A DNA stretch of 62,486 nt, the filler included, from Hausera hauseri (lineage: Eukaryota), in the NCBI GenBank assembly GCA_046269625.1. It is 12 parts of 12 records of this genome, joined end to end, with 100 filler letters (N's around TTAATTAATTAA, not from the genome) between each part and the next. Parts side by side here need not be neighbours in the genome. Positions count along the whole stretch, not along the records: positions 1 to 4,589 come from JBJURY010515571.1; positions 4,690 to 10,132 come from JBJURY010254069.1; positions 10,233 to 18,065 come from JBJURY010901869.1; 9 more parts are not named here. The stretch is one strand, 5' to 3'. How positions within the stretch are numbered: the stretch's first letter is position 1; the number at the start of each line of letters is the position of its first letter. Under the pieces are notes generated by a model. The model saw nothing but the letters and a program-made list of their open reading frames with translations. It was not told where the DNA came from and did not search any database. A program made the translations under genes and the position numbers. Below, one piece after another: positions 1 to 12,152 of the stretch.

Positions 1-1292
1 TCCTCAAATGCAAGTATTCCGCTCTGGTCAACCGGAAACGGGTCGCTCGAACAACCAAGAAGAAAATCACAGGTGAGTAATTCTGGAAAGTGGAATTGTC
101 GAGAATATCTCTTCTTTTGCGCCGAACATTTTAATGACAACATACTTCAATTGATAACAGTTATAGCTTAATTTTAATTATTGAAAAATTGTAATTTATT
201 TTATTTAACATTGTTATTTGATTTTTTGCAGTTTTGCGTGTAAAAGTAAGTTAATTATAGCGATTTCTGTGAGTTGTGGATAAATCATCCTAACTGACAA
301 TTTCCAAAAAGCATGGTGGACTATAACATTATATTATTGAAAGGGTTTACGAAGTGGTTTAGTGCAATTCTATACTAGTACTATGAACAAAAATAAAATA
401 TTTAAAGTTGACCTTTACGTAAACTAGGATCCACTAAATAGAAAAAATGCAAGATAGCAATTATATCAGTCAGTATATATATCACTTGTAGTCTCGGTAG
501 CTGCTACTTCAGAGATCATTGCCGGTCGCATTGTTCATTTTTAGTTACATCAGTTTTGAATATCAAAACCAAATTCTCACTGAGGCCTATGCAAAACACT
601 GTACATTACCTCACCCGGAGAAACTGATATATTATCCTTTGAATCCAAAAATGTACTTTGCTGATTTTTTAAAAATTCCAAACACTGTTGCTTCAAGAGT
701 ATATAAAAGAAATGAATACTCCTGCGACGATCTATCAGCCGAGCATCAACGATTCTCAACACGCCTCTATTCCAAGCACACTCACGATCAAACCACTTCA
801 ACAACTCCATTATGCAAAGACTATCCATCACTGATGATCATTTGCCGAAATGAACGTGAAAAATAATTCCTTCTGATGCCAACCAGGAACCTGGCTGGAA
901 TAACAGCTCTCCTGAACATTGAATTTTGCGAGTTGGAGAAGAAATGGAAAACCACAACCCCAATAAATTCTGCATATTACGAGGTCTGATGACTCTAGAT
1001 TAGTCATAAAAATAAAAGACTTTTACCCCTTTGGTTGACCACTGAAATGTTACAAAAATCTGTTCCATTGGCAAACACATCATTATGTTGATGAAACGCC
1101 GGTAAGACGGAAATGCATATGGAACATCAAGAAACAAAAAGTTGACTAAATTTGTAAAAACAACTATATCATATTTCAGTTTTGTTTGTACGTCATGGTA
1201 AAATACAGCTTTTTGAACAGCCTCAGTACTTTGAATTTAATTCAAAAAAATAAACTCAATCTAATGATAAAATATGCAGCCATTAAACTTAC

Positions 1293-1523
1293 TTTGAGTC
1301 CTTTGCAATTGGGAAAAGGAAGAGTCGTATCTTCTCTATTTGGATAATAACACTGGCACAAATACCTTTGAATACCAGTAAAAGGTACGCACTTATTATT
1401 CTCAACAATTGAACATGCCTCATTTCCGGACAATGATGAGCCTTCTGGAGCTCTAATACATGCATTATACTGCTCCTTACAATCAGTATCAGACTCATAA
1501 CCTCGTCTACATCTACATCTAAC
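1293..1523 (-). CDS. Internal exon encoding tandem EGF-like repeats
   Basis: 231-nt phase-0 exon between TTCAG| and |GTAAG. Translates stop-free as VRCRCRRGYESDTDCKEQYNACIRAPEGSSLSGNEACSIVENNKCVPFTGIQRYLCQCYYPNREDTTLPFPNCKGLK, with the CxCxxGY...C EGF pattern. Other exons not resolved. Confidence 0.7.
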
Positions 1524-2664
1524 CTGAATATATTATGTAAATTTGATACTGTTAATAATAAATCACTGAAAATATTTCAGAATTCGAATTACTCTATTAC
1601 AGTAACCCAAAAGTCATGACCACTGTACTTCAAAAGCTTAATTACAGCTTTGTTAGCAATTAATATATTTAATGATGTTCAGATGCAACAGATAAAAGGA
1701 ACATAAAATAATTTATTAAAACGATGATTGCTACGTCAGTCGTGTATGACTGACACGACTAGTTTCTTGGTGCGCCGCATCAGATATATGTTTGACACTC
1801 GCCGTTTCAACCAAGGCTGTGTCAGTAGGTAGAAGTGTCCTCTCCACCCCAAATCTCAAAAGTGCTCTGATCTACCTGGGACCAAGTTTTCCCCATCTAT
1901 CTCGAAATTCTGAGCATTTCATGTCTCATTGTCGGAAGCACATGTCATATGTCATATGTCGCACATGTCACGGACTGAAATCGGTAAAGTTCGATAAGTC
2001 GAGAAAAATTTTATAGCGCGGCGACAGTCAAAAATTTTACTGGACGGCGCTAGAAGCGAAAGAAGCAAAACAGGAAATGTTTTATGAGAAACAATACACG
2101 AGTTACAAATTGCGAAATGTTCGATGCAAATGTCAAATCAATGTCGGTGAATCGAATACGCACAATTTCAACGTTGTCTGACCATGGGAACATGGGGAAA
2201 TTTGATGGGAAAATTTCGAACTCTAAAAATTTCCCATTGTTCAAGTCTGTTGGATGTGAAAATGGGTTGAGCACGTAGCCCATCAATAGTTGAGCATTTC
2301 ATATTATAACCGCCTCACGATCAGACCAATGGATACGGGTGGAACATGCAACCGACCGAAAAAACGCATTGCTAAAAAGTCAAAATCATCATCATTATCG
2401 TTGTAAATGAGTTCGTTTTGTAAAAATCGTGAATTTTAATTCGCACGACGACGACGACGACGAACGCACAAATTACCACGAGCACATAATTGAGTACTAC
2501 TACTACTCACAAGCAGAATGATTGTGGTGGTGACAGTCTGCCGAAGGACTATTGATTACCACCAAATGTGAAGCTAACATTAATGAAAATATCATATTAT
2601 TTCTCGAGATTTGTTCTATGTTCGGTTCACAAAAACGACAGCAATAAAATAATACATATATTTC

Positions 2665-3025
2665 ACAAACGTGATTGTAATATAAGCCACAATAAGCATT
2701 AATATCCACACACTAGAGTCATTGGATGTTGAAAATGAACTCGATTATATTCAAAACGGTATGATGATGGTGACTGCCGTTCAATTTGAGAAATTTTAAC
2801 AATGACGGATAGTAAAATCCAAGAGGATTGAATACTCTGACGACGGTCGGATGGACGTACACTGCAATTCAATGTTCGCCCGGCAAAGATGAAGTTTGTG
2901 TATTGACAATAAAGCCGCCAGTTTGTCGTAAATCACGCGGCACAATCCAGTGGAAACACGCCACGAAATTTCACGCCCAAGAGTAGTTTTCCGTAATGAC
3001 TGAGCTCAGTGGAGCTAAATGCAAA
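2665..3025 (-). pseudogene. Maverick adenain-type cysteine protease, disrupted
   Basis: Manual translation across frameshifts: FRGVFPLD..GGFIVNTQTSSLPGEH*IAVY..FNPLG..YNRVHFQHPMTLVCGY*CLLWL. Catalytic H and Q-x5-C motifs are present; in-frame stops. Confidence 0.85.
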
Positions 3026-3102
3026 ATGTGATTTAAGTATAATAGTAATCAAATAAATTACTTTATAGTACGACGAAAAGGTGAGACACAGCGGATTTTA
3101 TT

Positions 3103-4250
3103 TATACAATGACGGTTCCGTTTTTCGTTATTTCAACATCGGCGTCAATTACACCGAAAATATACATCACGGTAGATTACTCCAACGCTTTAGTAAAGTG
3201 AACCTCCAGTCGTAGGTTTGCCTACTGAGTAGTTGAGTCTGCTCAATGTCATAGTCCGGAGCCAAGACAAATGTGTAGAATGGATAGGTGGACTTGAACA
3301 AATCCATCGATATGCGATTGTTGATGTTTTTGTTCAACAAACCCATGTTGCACACGATAGATTGCATATATGTTCAAACGTAATCGCCGGTCTCGAAATT
3401 CTGCTTGTAAAACTCAACGAAATCCGCATTCTTACCCAAACTGATGTAATTCACATTGCTATGGGTAAACGTTATCGAATCGGTGGTATAACTGCCCGTT
3501 TGTTGAGCAGTCGTTTGAAATATAGCAAACACAAATTTCAGCAATCGCATGTCGCCAAACAGTGCACCTTTGTAAAGCGTAGTTCAACCTTTGGGTATGG
3601 TGTAAAACACGAGTTCTGTACGTTGTAATGGGTAACAGGCATTTTGTGTTTCCAAGCCCAATAGACGTCCCATGAGCACAGATGGTTCTACCTTTACTCC
3701 ATGTACGTATAATCGTGTCTCGGTAATTTTCAGTATGGGTTTGAGATTTTCAATAACGGTATTCAAACAAAAGACACGGTCGCTGCGTTTGAGCCGAATC
3801 ATGGCTTTAACACAGGACAGTAGGTATTTCGGCTGATCGAAAAAGTGAAAGTACAGCGGTCCACACATGGTAAGCGCTTTTGATTCTGCCACCCATGAGT
3901 GATGGTTTGCTGCAGTGGCGTCATATCCGATGGTTTTCGTCAAATGAGTCGTTTTCGTATCTGTACTGTAATTCAGAGCCTTTTCAATAAGTGCTTTGAT
4001 ACTGTACAGACTGATGTTCTCTTCAATTTTGACGCCGTTTAGAGTCAGTGACGCCTTCTGGAACAATGTGAGGAAAAGGTAAGTGGCCGGTGTGACAGTG
4101 TCTGTTGCCCCGAAAACTGTTGATGCATCCTTTTTAGCAGTGACTTGTACATAGAGTAGCACGATAGATTTCTTTAAATGCTGCATTGTCAATAACAACT
4201 TTTAGTGAAGCTTTGTCAAATACACACAATTCAGATTTTGCAGATGCCAT
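3103..4250 (-). pseudogene. Maverick double-jelly-roll major capsid protein, disrupted
   Basis: Starts MASAKSELCVFD. ORF 3584-4198 has LFQKASLTLNG, IEKALNYSTDTK, FFDQPKYLL, RLKRSDRVFCL, YPLQRTELVFYTIPKG; the C-terminus has NLRLEVHFTKAL. Stops, frameshifts and an internal deletion. Confidence 0.9.
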
Positions 4251-4265
4251 TTGTCTGTCTGTCTG

Positions 4266-4588
4266 TCAATCGAAAATCGTACGACAACGGCGTTTGTTTA
4301 AAGTTGATGAGCTCGATGATGCTCTACGACGTTTTTTCAAGCCACTGCCAGCGAATTGTTTTTTGACTGATTCAACGACTCCCTGTGCAGCGTTTTTTAT
4401 TTCTGTCAAGGCGTGTTCCTTCAGTGATGGTAAAATAGATTTGTTTTCATATGTACATCCTTTCCTGTTTTTGCTGCCACGGTTTCAATACATTTCAACA
4501 CCGGAAATGGTAAACGTGCTAATGTTTGCAACCATCCAGAGCCATACTGTTTACCAACGAAATACGGCAATTCACCACCCTGCTGGAG
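4266..4588 (-). pseudogene. Maverick small core-type protein (PW-like) upstream of MCP
   Basis: LQQGGELPYFVGKQYGSGWLQTLARL...GKDV, then after a frameshift QFAGSGLKKRRR...TIFD*. QxGG/QxGxG motifs and a basic tail are typical of this Maverick gene. Confidence 0.75.
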
Positions 4589-4589
4589 T

Positions 4590-4689
4590 NNNNNNNNNNN
4601 NNNNNNNNNNNNNNNNNNNNNNNNNNNNNNNNNTTAATTAATTAANNNNNNNNNNNNNNNNNNNNNNNNNNNNNNNNNNNNNNNNNNNN
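4590..4689. other. Artificial contig-joining spacer (one of 11)
   Basis: 44N-TTAATTAATTAA-44N, stops in all six frames. Identical copies at 10133, 18066, 22995, 28383, 32729, 39366, 44419, 49157, 53278 and 57553. Confidence 0.99.
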
Positions 4690-7200
4690 CCACGAACTGG
4701 ACAATTTCGACATTAAGGAATTGCAAGTGTGCTATTGATGGTATACTTTTCCTATTAAGGATCCCACGTAAATATACAAATCTAAATTATATTAGTTTTT
4801 CCAAATTTTGTAAAGAATAAATTTTGAAATTTATAAAAGATTCTTTCGTTGGTAGGTTATGTTCGATATCGTCGTTTTTTAAATTCTGACACTTTAGCTT
4901 ATTTTTGTTCTCGTCGACCGTGGCCATACCTCAGTTGAATTTAGTACACTCTTACTCCCGCTACTGGTATTTACTCCAATGTTTTCCAGCTGTTCTTCAA
5001 ACGTTGGAACTAGTATGTCTAGAAGTGACTGTAGAACGAAAAAAAAAACCAAACACGCAACGAATCTGTTACATCAACAAAGAACACTCGATATCTCTTC
5101 ACATTCAACATTTTACATACATTCACAACAATTTCGATATACAATCCTGTTGATATAATATAAATTTAACAAATTGTAGCGACGAGTATAGCTAACAGAT
5201 ATTATAATTAAATTTTTTGGAATCATCGATGTCCATAGTCTAGAGCCTGTAATGACAGAACAGTCCGAAATTTGCAGATGGAAAGTTTAATACCCGATGA
5301 ACTCGATTATATTTAATACATAGTCTCTGATAATGTCATCTTGATTCGCCGGTAGACGTAGAATTATCCATCTTTTATTTTCTTGAAGGATGTCCCAACA
5401 TCCCATCTCGTTCTGTCAAAAAGAAACTGTTCATAAATTCATTTGATTTACAATTCTTTAAGAGATTATCTTCATATAGGATTTGTGGTGTTATTAATTC
5501 TTTAGGAATCAAGTTTGTTGAATATTCATTTAGTTGAAAAACCCAAATGTCATGTATCGTTAATGATTTAAGTTCATCTGTAATTCTGTCACTGAGTTTT
5601 TTACATCCATTTCAAATGAGCGTAGTTAAGGCGGTTGAAATTGTAGCTAAAGCGACTATAGAATTCAGTCGTTTCCTTTTCAAGTTAAATTTTTGAAATT
5701 ATTCAATTTTATTGATTCCATTATTCTATCTGGTATTTCCTTTTTAAGAAAACTATAATGAAAATTCCCAATTAGATCAAATTTAATTCATCTTTTTCAA
5801 CGTCTTTCCTCTGTAATCTCTGATTCTATTTTTCGCATAATTTTAAACTAACATCGCAAAACCCCCGATAGATTTGGAATAGAAACAAATGACAATATGA
5901 TCGATCAAATGAGCGACTAAATCGTTTGAATGAAAGCAATTCGAAAATAGTTCGAAATACAATTGGAAAGTATTTAAATTTAGCAACTTCAGATATCCTT
6001 TTATAATTATAATAATTGTAATGGACAATTATAATAATAACAATGTTCTTTCTGAGAAAATTGATTTTTGACATGTTGACTAACATTTATAACATTTGTA
6101 AAGTTTTTAAATCACTTTTCAAAGATATTCGAATTCAATTGTTAATTTAAGATTGATAGCTTCTATTTTTGTTCTGATTTCTAATTTTTTCATAGAAATT
6201 GTAATGTCTCGTCTGTTCCACGCATTAATTCAGGTGTACATATTTTTCTCAACATTATGTAAAGGTCGATCAAGACTGTAAAGGTGACTCCGGAGATCGT
6301 CGAAGGAGTGATATAAACAAATGAATTTATATAAATGAGACATGTCGTAATGTTACGCCGTAAAGAAGCACATGTATTTATACTGAAATGTAACAAGAAA
6401 GACATGCGAAATAAATTATATTGATTCACAAAAACAAACATATCAAAATATCATATATATTTATGATTAAATACGGCCAATCAAATTTTTCATTACAATA
6501 CAAAGCGAAGCAGAAAATACAAGTCCAATAGGAAAATTAATCCGCCGTTATTGTTGCCGTTTGCATCTCATTTCATCCTCGATACGTTCTACGAAGAGAG
6601 ATATGATCATAAATTCAATATATTCTTGTTTCTGTGAGTTCACATAAAAACCGTACGTCAAACACATGTCCAGTCATTACATCATCGGTCAATTTCTGAA
6701 TTTCACTTTCAATGTACTGTTCCATTTGATTAGTAGTAATAGTAAAAGAAGTATGGGATATAAATGTTTATAACAGAGTAAGGAAAAATTTCACAGACCA
6801 TTGGGGTTATGTTTAATATTTAATTTTACTAGTTTATGTATTTTAATTTATTTTATTTATAATTTTAATCTATTTTGAATGCTAATTTGTTTAAATTTAG
6901 AAATGTAAGCGATATCCCATGTATTGCGTCTCGAGCATACGTGTGACGCAGGAGCAGTGCCATCAGCAGATGGCTAAATATTACTCCGTTGGCACGGACT
7001 CATATTTGCGCCAAACATGCGGTAGTATTTCGGCCTCTTGTCCATACCCCAACTTTTATGTGATGCACAAGCATCATCTTGGACGGTTTACGCGTGCAAA
7101 GAAGATGATGGTTACGCATTACCCCAGATACCCGCGATACTGTAGTAGTAGTAATAGAGTGAATGACGTTGATGTTGCCATATTGTAATTGAGCAGTGCT

Positions 7201-9739
7201 ATGGCGCCACAACGATTCACGGTAAACGGGTGTACGTTTGTCCTAGTTGTTCTGTAGTTGATGAAATCAACTATGAACAATTTTATAACGAGCACAAGGA
7301 CCACTTAAACCAGTTTCAGCGGTGCAAAAAGGAAATAGTGAATGCGAAAAGAAAAACCTGTGTCCCCTCAACAAGTAGGAAACGTCAGGCCTCAATAAGT
7401 CTTGATGACTTAATCCGAAACAGCACCGAACAGCAGCAGCAGGAGCAGATGTAACAGCAGGAACCTTCCATTACTGTCAAGTACGATCTAGTTTGAATTA
7501 GAGTTGGAGAAATTCAAACTCAACAACTGCAAAGTGCAACTTGCAGAATTTGAAAACAGTGAAGGTGACAGGAAGCAATGGCGTCGAGTCCTACCATATT
7601 CGGAAGATTTTATTTCCGATGTAGGTGAAAAGTTGAATAAGAATTTCGCCAGATATACAGAAAAGGGTAGTGGATGGCAAATTATACGAATTGTCACACT
7701 CCGCTTTATCATGAAAAAGTCGAGTGATGTGGTATATTTGTCTCGATGATCATTCATAACGACACCTGCAGCTCTGAAGCAGTCTCTGGATATAGTGAAT
7801 GTAAAAAATACTAACGATTAATACTGTTTTCTTTACAGTATTCTGGCTGTATTGAAGTACAGCGAAGTGAACAGATATCATGCCAATCGTCCAAATCAGG
7901 ATCGGAAGTACTTTTTGAATCGCAAGTTGGTGAATGCTGGATGCCGATGAAACTGAAAACCATTCACGCTTTTGAACGGCGTAATCCAACGCTGTCAATC
8001 AACGTTTTCCGGTACAACACAATAGTTGAAATACTGGAAGACGAAGAAATTTATAAGAACCCACATGTGTACATAATTTATCGCAGTCGGAACCCGAATG
8101 GACGCTAGGTAAATTTGTTGCTGTTGAAGCAGGCCGAAAATTTTCATTATGTGGCAGTGACCAATATGGATAGACTGTTGAACATGAAGCATGACTAGGT
8201 CATCAAAAAGCGAATTCGATGCAAATGGTGTCCTGCATGTCTTCATGGATTCATATCGGGAACACCGTGGAGAAACATTTCACGCTATGAAGGCAAAATG
8301 CATCAGGGACAACAATGTACAACATGTCCGTCAAAAAAGAGCTCAGATTCTGTAACTGATCTAAAAGGAACAGTCCGGCATATATGATGTATGCTGATAT
8401 CGAAGCAATTCTACCACGCCACAATGTATACAATCAAAAGCATGTTCCAATTGACGTCGGTATGTTGCTAGTACCAATAAAAGCTGCCGAAAAACCGTAG
8501 TTTTACGTTTTCCATGGTTGGAACTGTGTATGTAATTTCCTGCAGCAGTTGGAAGCCATAGTAGAAACGGAAATCGCGCCGTTGTATCCCAATAATTGCA
8601 ATAAGCCATTGATTTGAACAGACGAATATCAAGCGTTGCTTTTCGCTGTCACCGATGAATGCTATCTGTGTCACAAAATATTGCCCTTTGATGCACAGGA
8701 ACGGCTCGTACCGGATCACGATCATTCCACCGGTAGATACTTGGGAGCAGCATGCAATTCATGCAATTTAGCAAGGCAAGTGCGACCATTACTGCCGGTG
8801 GTCTTTCATAATTTCCGAGGTTAAGACTGTCACCATATTCTCAAATAAGCCATTAACGGCTTTCGCACTGGAAACTGTCCATAATCCCAACAACTATGGA
8901 GAAATACCTATCGCTGTCGGCACGAGTAAACCGATTCCAGGTACGCATCCTCGATTCATTGAAATTTCTCAAAGAATCATTGGCAGTGTTGGTAAATGCT
9001 TTGCCAAATGTGCTGATAGTACTGACACAGTTCCCTACACATATTGCACGCAGCAAAGGCAGAGGAATTACCGTGCGATGTACAGGTATCTCAGAAGATG
9101 AATATCGGAGAGCACAAGAATCTTGGACAGAACTGGGCTGTAGAAACATGTTGGATTACATGCTCCAGTATCTTAAACTGGACGTGTACTTATTAGCCTA
9201 TGTGTTCCAGGCGTTTCGAGCAAAATTGTTGGCGCAAGATAGGCTGGAGCCACTCAACTTTTACTCAATGCCCGGAATGAGTTGGGCATCAGCTCTAATG
9301 TCATTGGATCGGGATATCGAGCTATTGCAAGACCCGGAAATGTACAGAATGTTTGATGTTGGTATTCGTGGTTGCATGACATTTGTCAACATATATCACG
9401 TAACCAGTGATGATAACACATCACTGTTGTATATAGACATTAATAATCTGTACGGCTGGGCACTTTCATAACCCTTGCCGTACGGTTCATTCGAATGGGT
9501 AGTCGACAAACAGGACCTGGACACAATACTGGAAAATGTGTCGAAATCAGACACGACAACAGCATAAAACAGCTCAATTTGATACCTGATGGATGTCAAT
9601 CTCGTGTTATCAGACAAGCTGCATGACTTTTTGGATTAACTGCCGGTCGCACCAATTAGCCAATGTCCACCGGGCTAGAAGGTAAAGAAGCTGCTTATGA
9701 TGCATTAAGCCTAGCAAAATTACATAGCTCATTGGCGTC
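7201..9739 (+). pseudogene. Maverick protein-primed family B DNA polymerase (pPolB), disrupted and 3'-truncated
   Basis: YTEKGSGW; KNTND*YCFLYSIL; ExoI YADIEAIL; inserted CYLC..DHDHSTGRYLGAACNSCNL (endonuclease VII/HNH-like); ExoII FHNFRG*D; ILDSLKFL; ExoIII YLKLDVYLL; motif A LLYIDINNLYGWALS*PLPYG. Ends at NYIAHWR, before motifs B and C. Confidence 0.93.
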
Positions 9740-10132
9740 AGTAGTAAAAAAATTCCGGTACTGGTTCACCTCCCGCCCCCCATGCTGCCAATCCGAAGCG
9801 TGCTTGATGCGCAAACCCGCCCGGTCGGATACATTCGGCGACGTAGATTTCAAAACACACTGTGCGCGGTGCACGGTGCACCCAGGAAGCAGGGGAAGTG
9901 CACGAAAAAAAGCGGATGTAAGAAGGAAGTGGTGCACGGAGGTGTGTGGCATATAGAAATGATGGGAAATCAAAGGCGCATCGAAAGCCAAAGGACCGAC
10001 GTAGATGGGATGTCGGGCGGCAGCAAGAGGCTCGGGCAAAAGAGTGAGCCAGGACCGACATATGGTTTATGGGGAATTGGAAAACGTTATCGGTGAGCGG
10101 GCATCGGTCCCGCGGCAATTGGGCAGCGACTA
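9740..10132 (+). mobile_element. GC-rich segment starting AGTAGT, possible Maverick terminal inverted repeat
   Basis: Abrupt loss of pPolB homology and a GC rise exactly at AGTAGTAAAAAAATTCC. The partner TIR is not visible. Confidence 0.35.
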
Positions 10133-10776
10133 NNNNNNNNNNNNNNNNNNNNNNNNNNNNNNNNNNNNNNNNNNNNTTAATTAATTAANNNNNNNNNNNN
10201 NNNNNNNNNNNNNNNNNNNNNNNNNNNNNNNNACCAAAGCAATCCCCTAGCAGTTTATGATTATGTTAATCGTGAATTAAAAAGTCATTACTATAAATGG
10301 AAAATAATACTTTTGAGCATCATTTACATCGCTGAGTATCAACAGTTCGAATGCTGTTTAATTTGCGATCACGTTGTCCTTCAAGTTTATTTTGGCAAAC
10401 ACAAACCTGTGAGGGTAGCTATGTCAAGTATGCTACAAACAATTACTTGCTTTTTTATTACACGAGTTACCCACCATGTTCTTCGAATAAACGCCTGCAG
10501 TCAGTTCAAGGCTCCACACTCTAGTTTCATTCTGGTAAGGATTACATTATACGAACTTCATAAAACATTTCCAGTACACACATAGGCTGTACAGTAGAAA
10601 AATCTATCAGTAAATTCCACGCTGTTTTACTTCATACCAAAAATCAGATCCACATTTTGTGACGAAGTCAGTTGGTATTGGGACACATATTTTGTTCTTC
10701 ATTCCCCGATCAATATATTACTGTAACTCGGCGACGTATCTGGACAGAACCTATTTCTAACTTTCGGACATTATAA

Positions 10777-11682
10777 GTGACTGTTTCTTTGGTGATTAAA
10801 GCAATTTATACCATTTGGGGTGCATGTTTTTGGAACGAAATTTTGTCGTATAAAATACAGGATATTTCTTCTTTTATGTTTAGGTTTTTCTTTTGGTCTC
10901 TAGTAAATACATTATTAAACTTTATTCCTAATATTTGGCCAAACGACGAATCTATATTAAATATTATTAATGTTGTACTTTTTTCAACCGAGGAGGTTCC
11001 GTGCATGGAGGTTCGTTGTCCTATGGCCCCAGAAACTTACATAGAGTATTTGATAAGTCCACCCTATAAGCCGATTTCCCTGTTAGATACGTACTCTGAA
11101 CGGAAAGGTCGTCGCGAATTTCTCATTACGTATCATGAACCTCTTGACGATAGGTTAGTCGTCATCTCTATTGAATTATTTTTAGTGAAGGAGTATACCT
11201 TCAGTGAAAGAGCCATGTTAATTGATTCACGACATAAACATTGGACATCATTAACTGATAAACTGTGCAGTGTTCTTGATGAATACGAAGTGAGTCCCAT
11301 GTATTCTTCCGTTACAATGAATATTCTGCTCGATGACAATTGTTGGTACAATTTTGTTGAACTTAGTCTACACAATAATCCAATTTACTACTTTATGCGA
11401 CGTTTCGTTCTACCGATTCCACTGAAACTCAATTTCAGACGAAATAGGTTTCTTACTTTCCCGCCCTCGGTACAGTTTTCAAATTTAAATCCCATTGAAC
11501 TTGATTTCAACGTTTGTCGGACGTTTAACACAAAAAGTCTGCCAAAAATTCTGTCATGTTTCTATCCGGAATTGATGTGCATTATCGACGATAAATTTAC
11601 CAATTATTTTTCGGTCGTATCAAATTTCTTATTCGTGGTAGCTAAGATACTTATGCGAAATGTAGCCCAGAGTCACTGGTAG
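10777..11682 (+). CDS. Orphan ORF (about 300 aa; same frame resumes after one stop at 11695)
   Basis: 906-nt stop-free frame in AT-rich DNA; no domain recognised; start uncertain. Confidence 0.45.
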   Translation: MTVSLVIKAIYTIWGACFWNEILSYKIQDISSFMFRFFFWSLVNTLLNFIPNIWPNDESILNIINVVLFSTEEVPCMEVRCPMAPETYIEYLISPPYKPISLLDTYSERKGRREFLITYHEPLDDRLVVISIELFLVKEYTFSERAMLIDSRHKHWTSLTDKLCSVLDEYEVSPMYSSVTMNILLDDNCWYNFVELSLHNNPIYYFMRRFVLPIPLKLNFRRNRFLTFPPSVQFSNLNPIELDFNVCRTFNTKSLPKILSCFYPELMCIIDDKFTNYFSVVSNFLFVVAKILMRNVAQSHW

Positions 11683-12152
11683 GAAGAACTGAAAATGAAT
11701 TTTAAAGAGAATGTTGAAATGCTCTTTCTTAATTCTCAACTACAGAAATTGATCATTGAAGAAATATACTTAAATTTTCAGGGCATTTCTCGGCGCATCA
11801 CTGGGTCTTTCTTGAACTCCTTCTTAATGAATGCCGACAAAGAATCTACACTTCAGTACGTCGATCCCACCACGGAAATTACTGTCATCTCTACGGTTAA
11901 TTCGCCCGACCGAGGTTTTTTTGCTCCGGTAATTCGGCGCTGTCGTGGTGGAACTACGACTCCTGTTGCTCGCACGGCGACCGTGGGGCTCGGGGTGGAA
12001 TGCGCTAGGGTGCTGCACTACCACCATTTTCCATTTTCTGTTTTTACATAATACTTTGTGCATTCCCTATACTTAACAAAACATATAAACATTACTCACT
12101 TACACGACCGCATTCGCACAATAACTCATATCCGATTTTTATCTGACTCACA

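Larger units (their letters stand above)
2665..4589 (-). mobile_element. Decayed Maverick/Polinton fragment (core protein - major capsid - protease module)
   Basis: Three co-oriented, tightly packed Maverick virion-module pseudogenes, cut by the contig end. Confidence 0.9.

Noticed and set aside
577-1240. Possible further exons of the EGF-repeat gene
   Set aside because: No consistent splice and frame model or motif could be found by eye.
2496-2507. ACTACTACTACT as the terminus of the adjacent Maverick
   Set aside because: The orientation would put the element to the left, but the Maverick genes lie to the right; no partner TIR is seen.
11988-12023. TGGGGCTCG as a tRNA-Pro PBS and GCACTACCA as the 5' LTR end of gypsy copy 1
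   Set aside because: Both matches are short and imperfect, and they are in the wrong order (PBS before LTR end).
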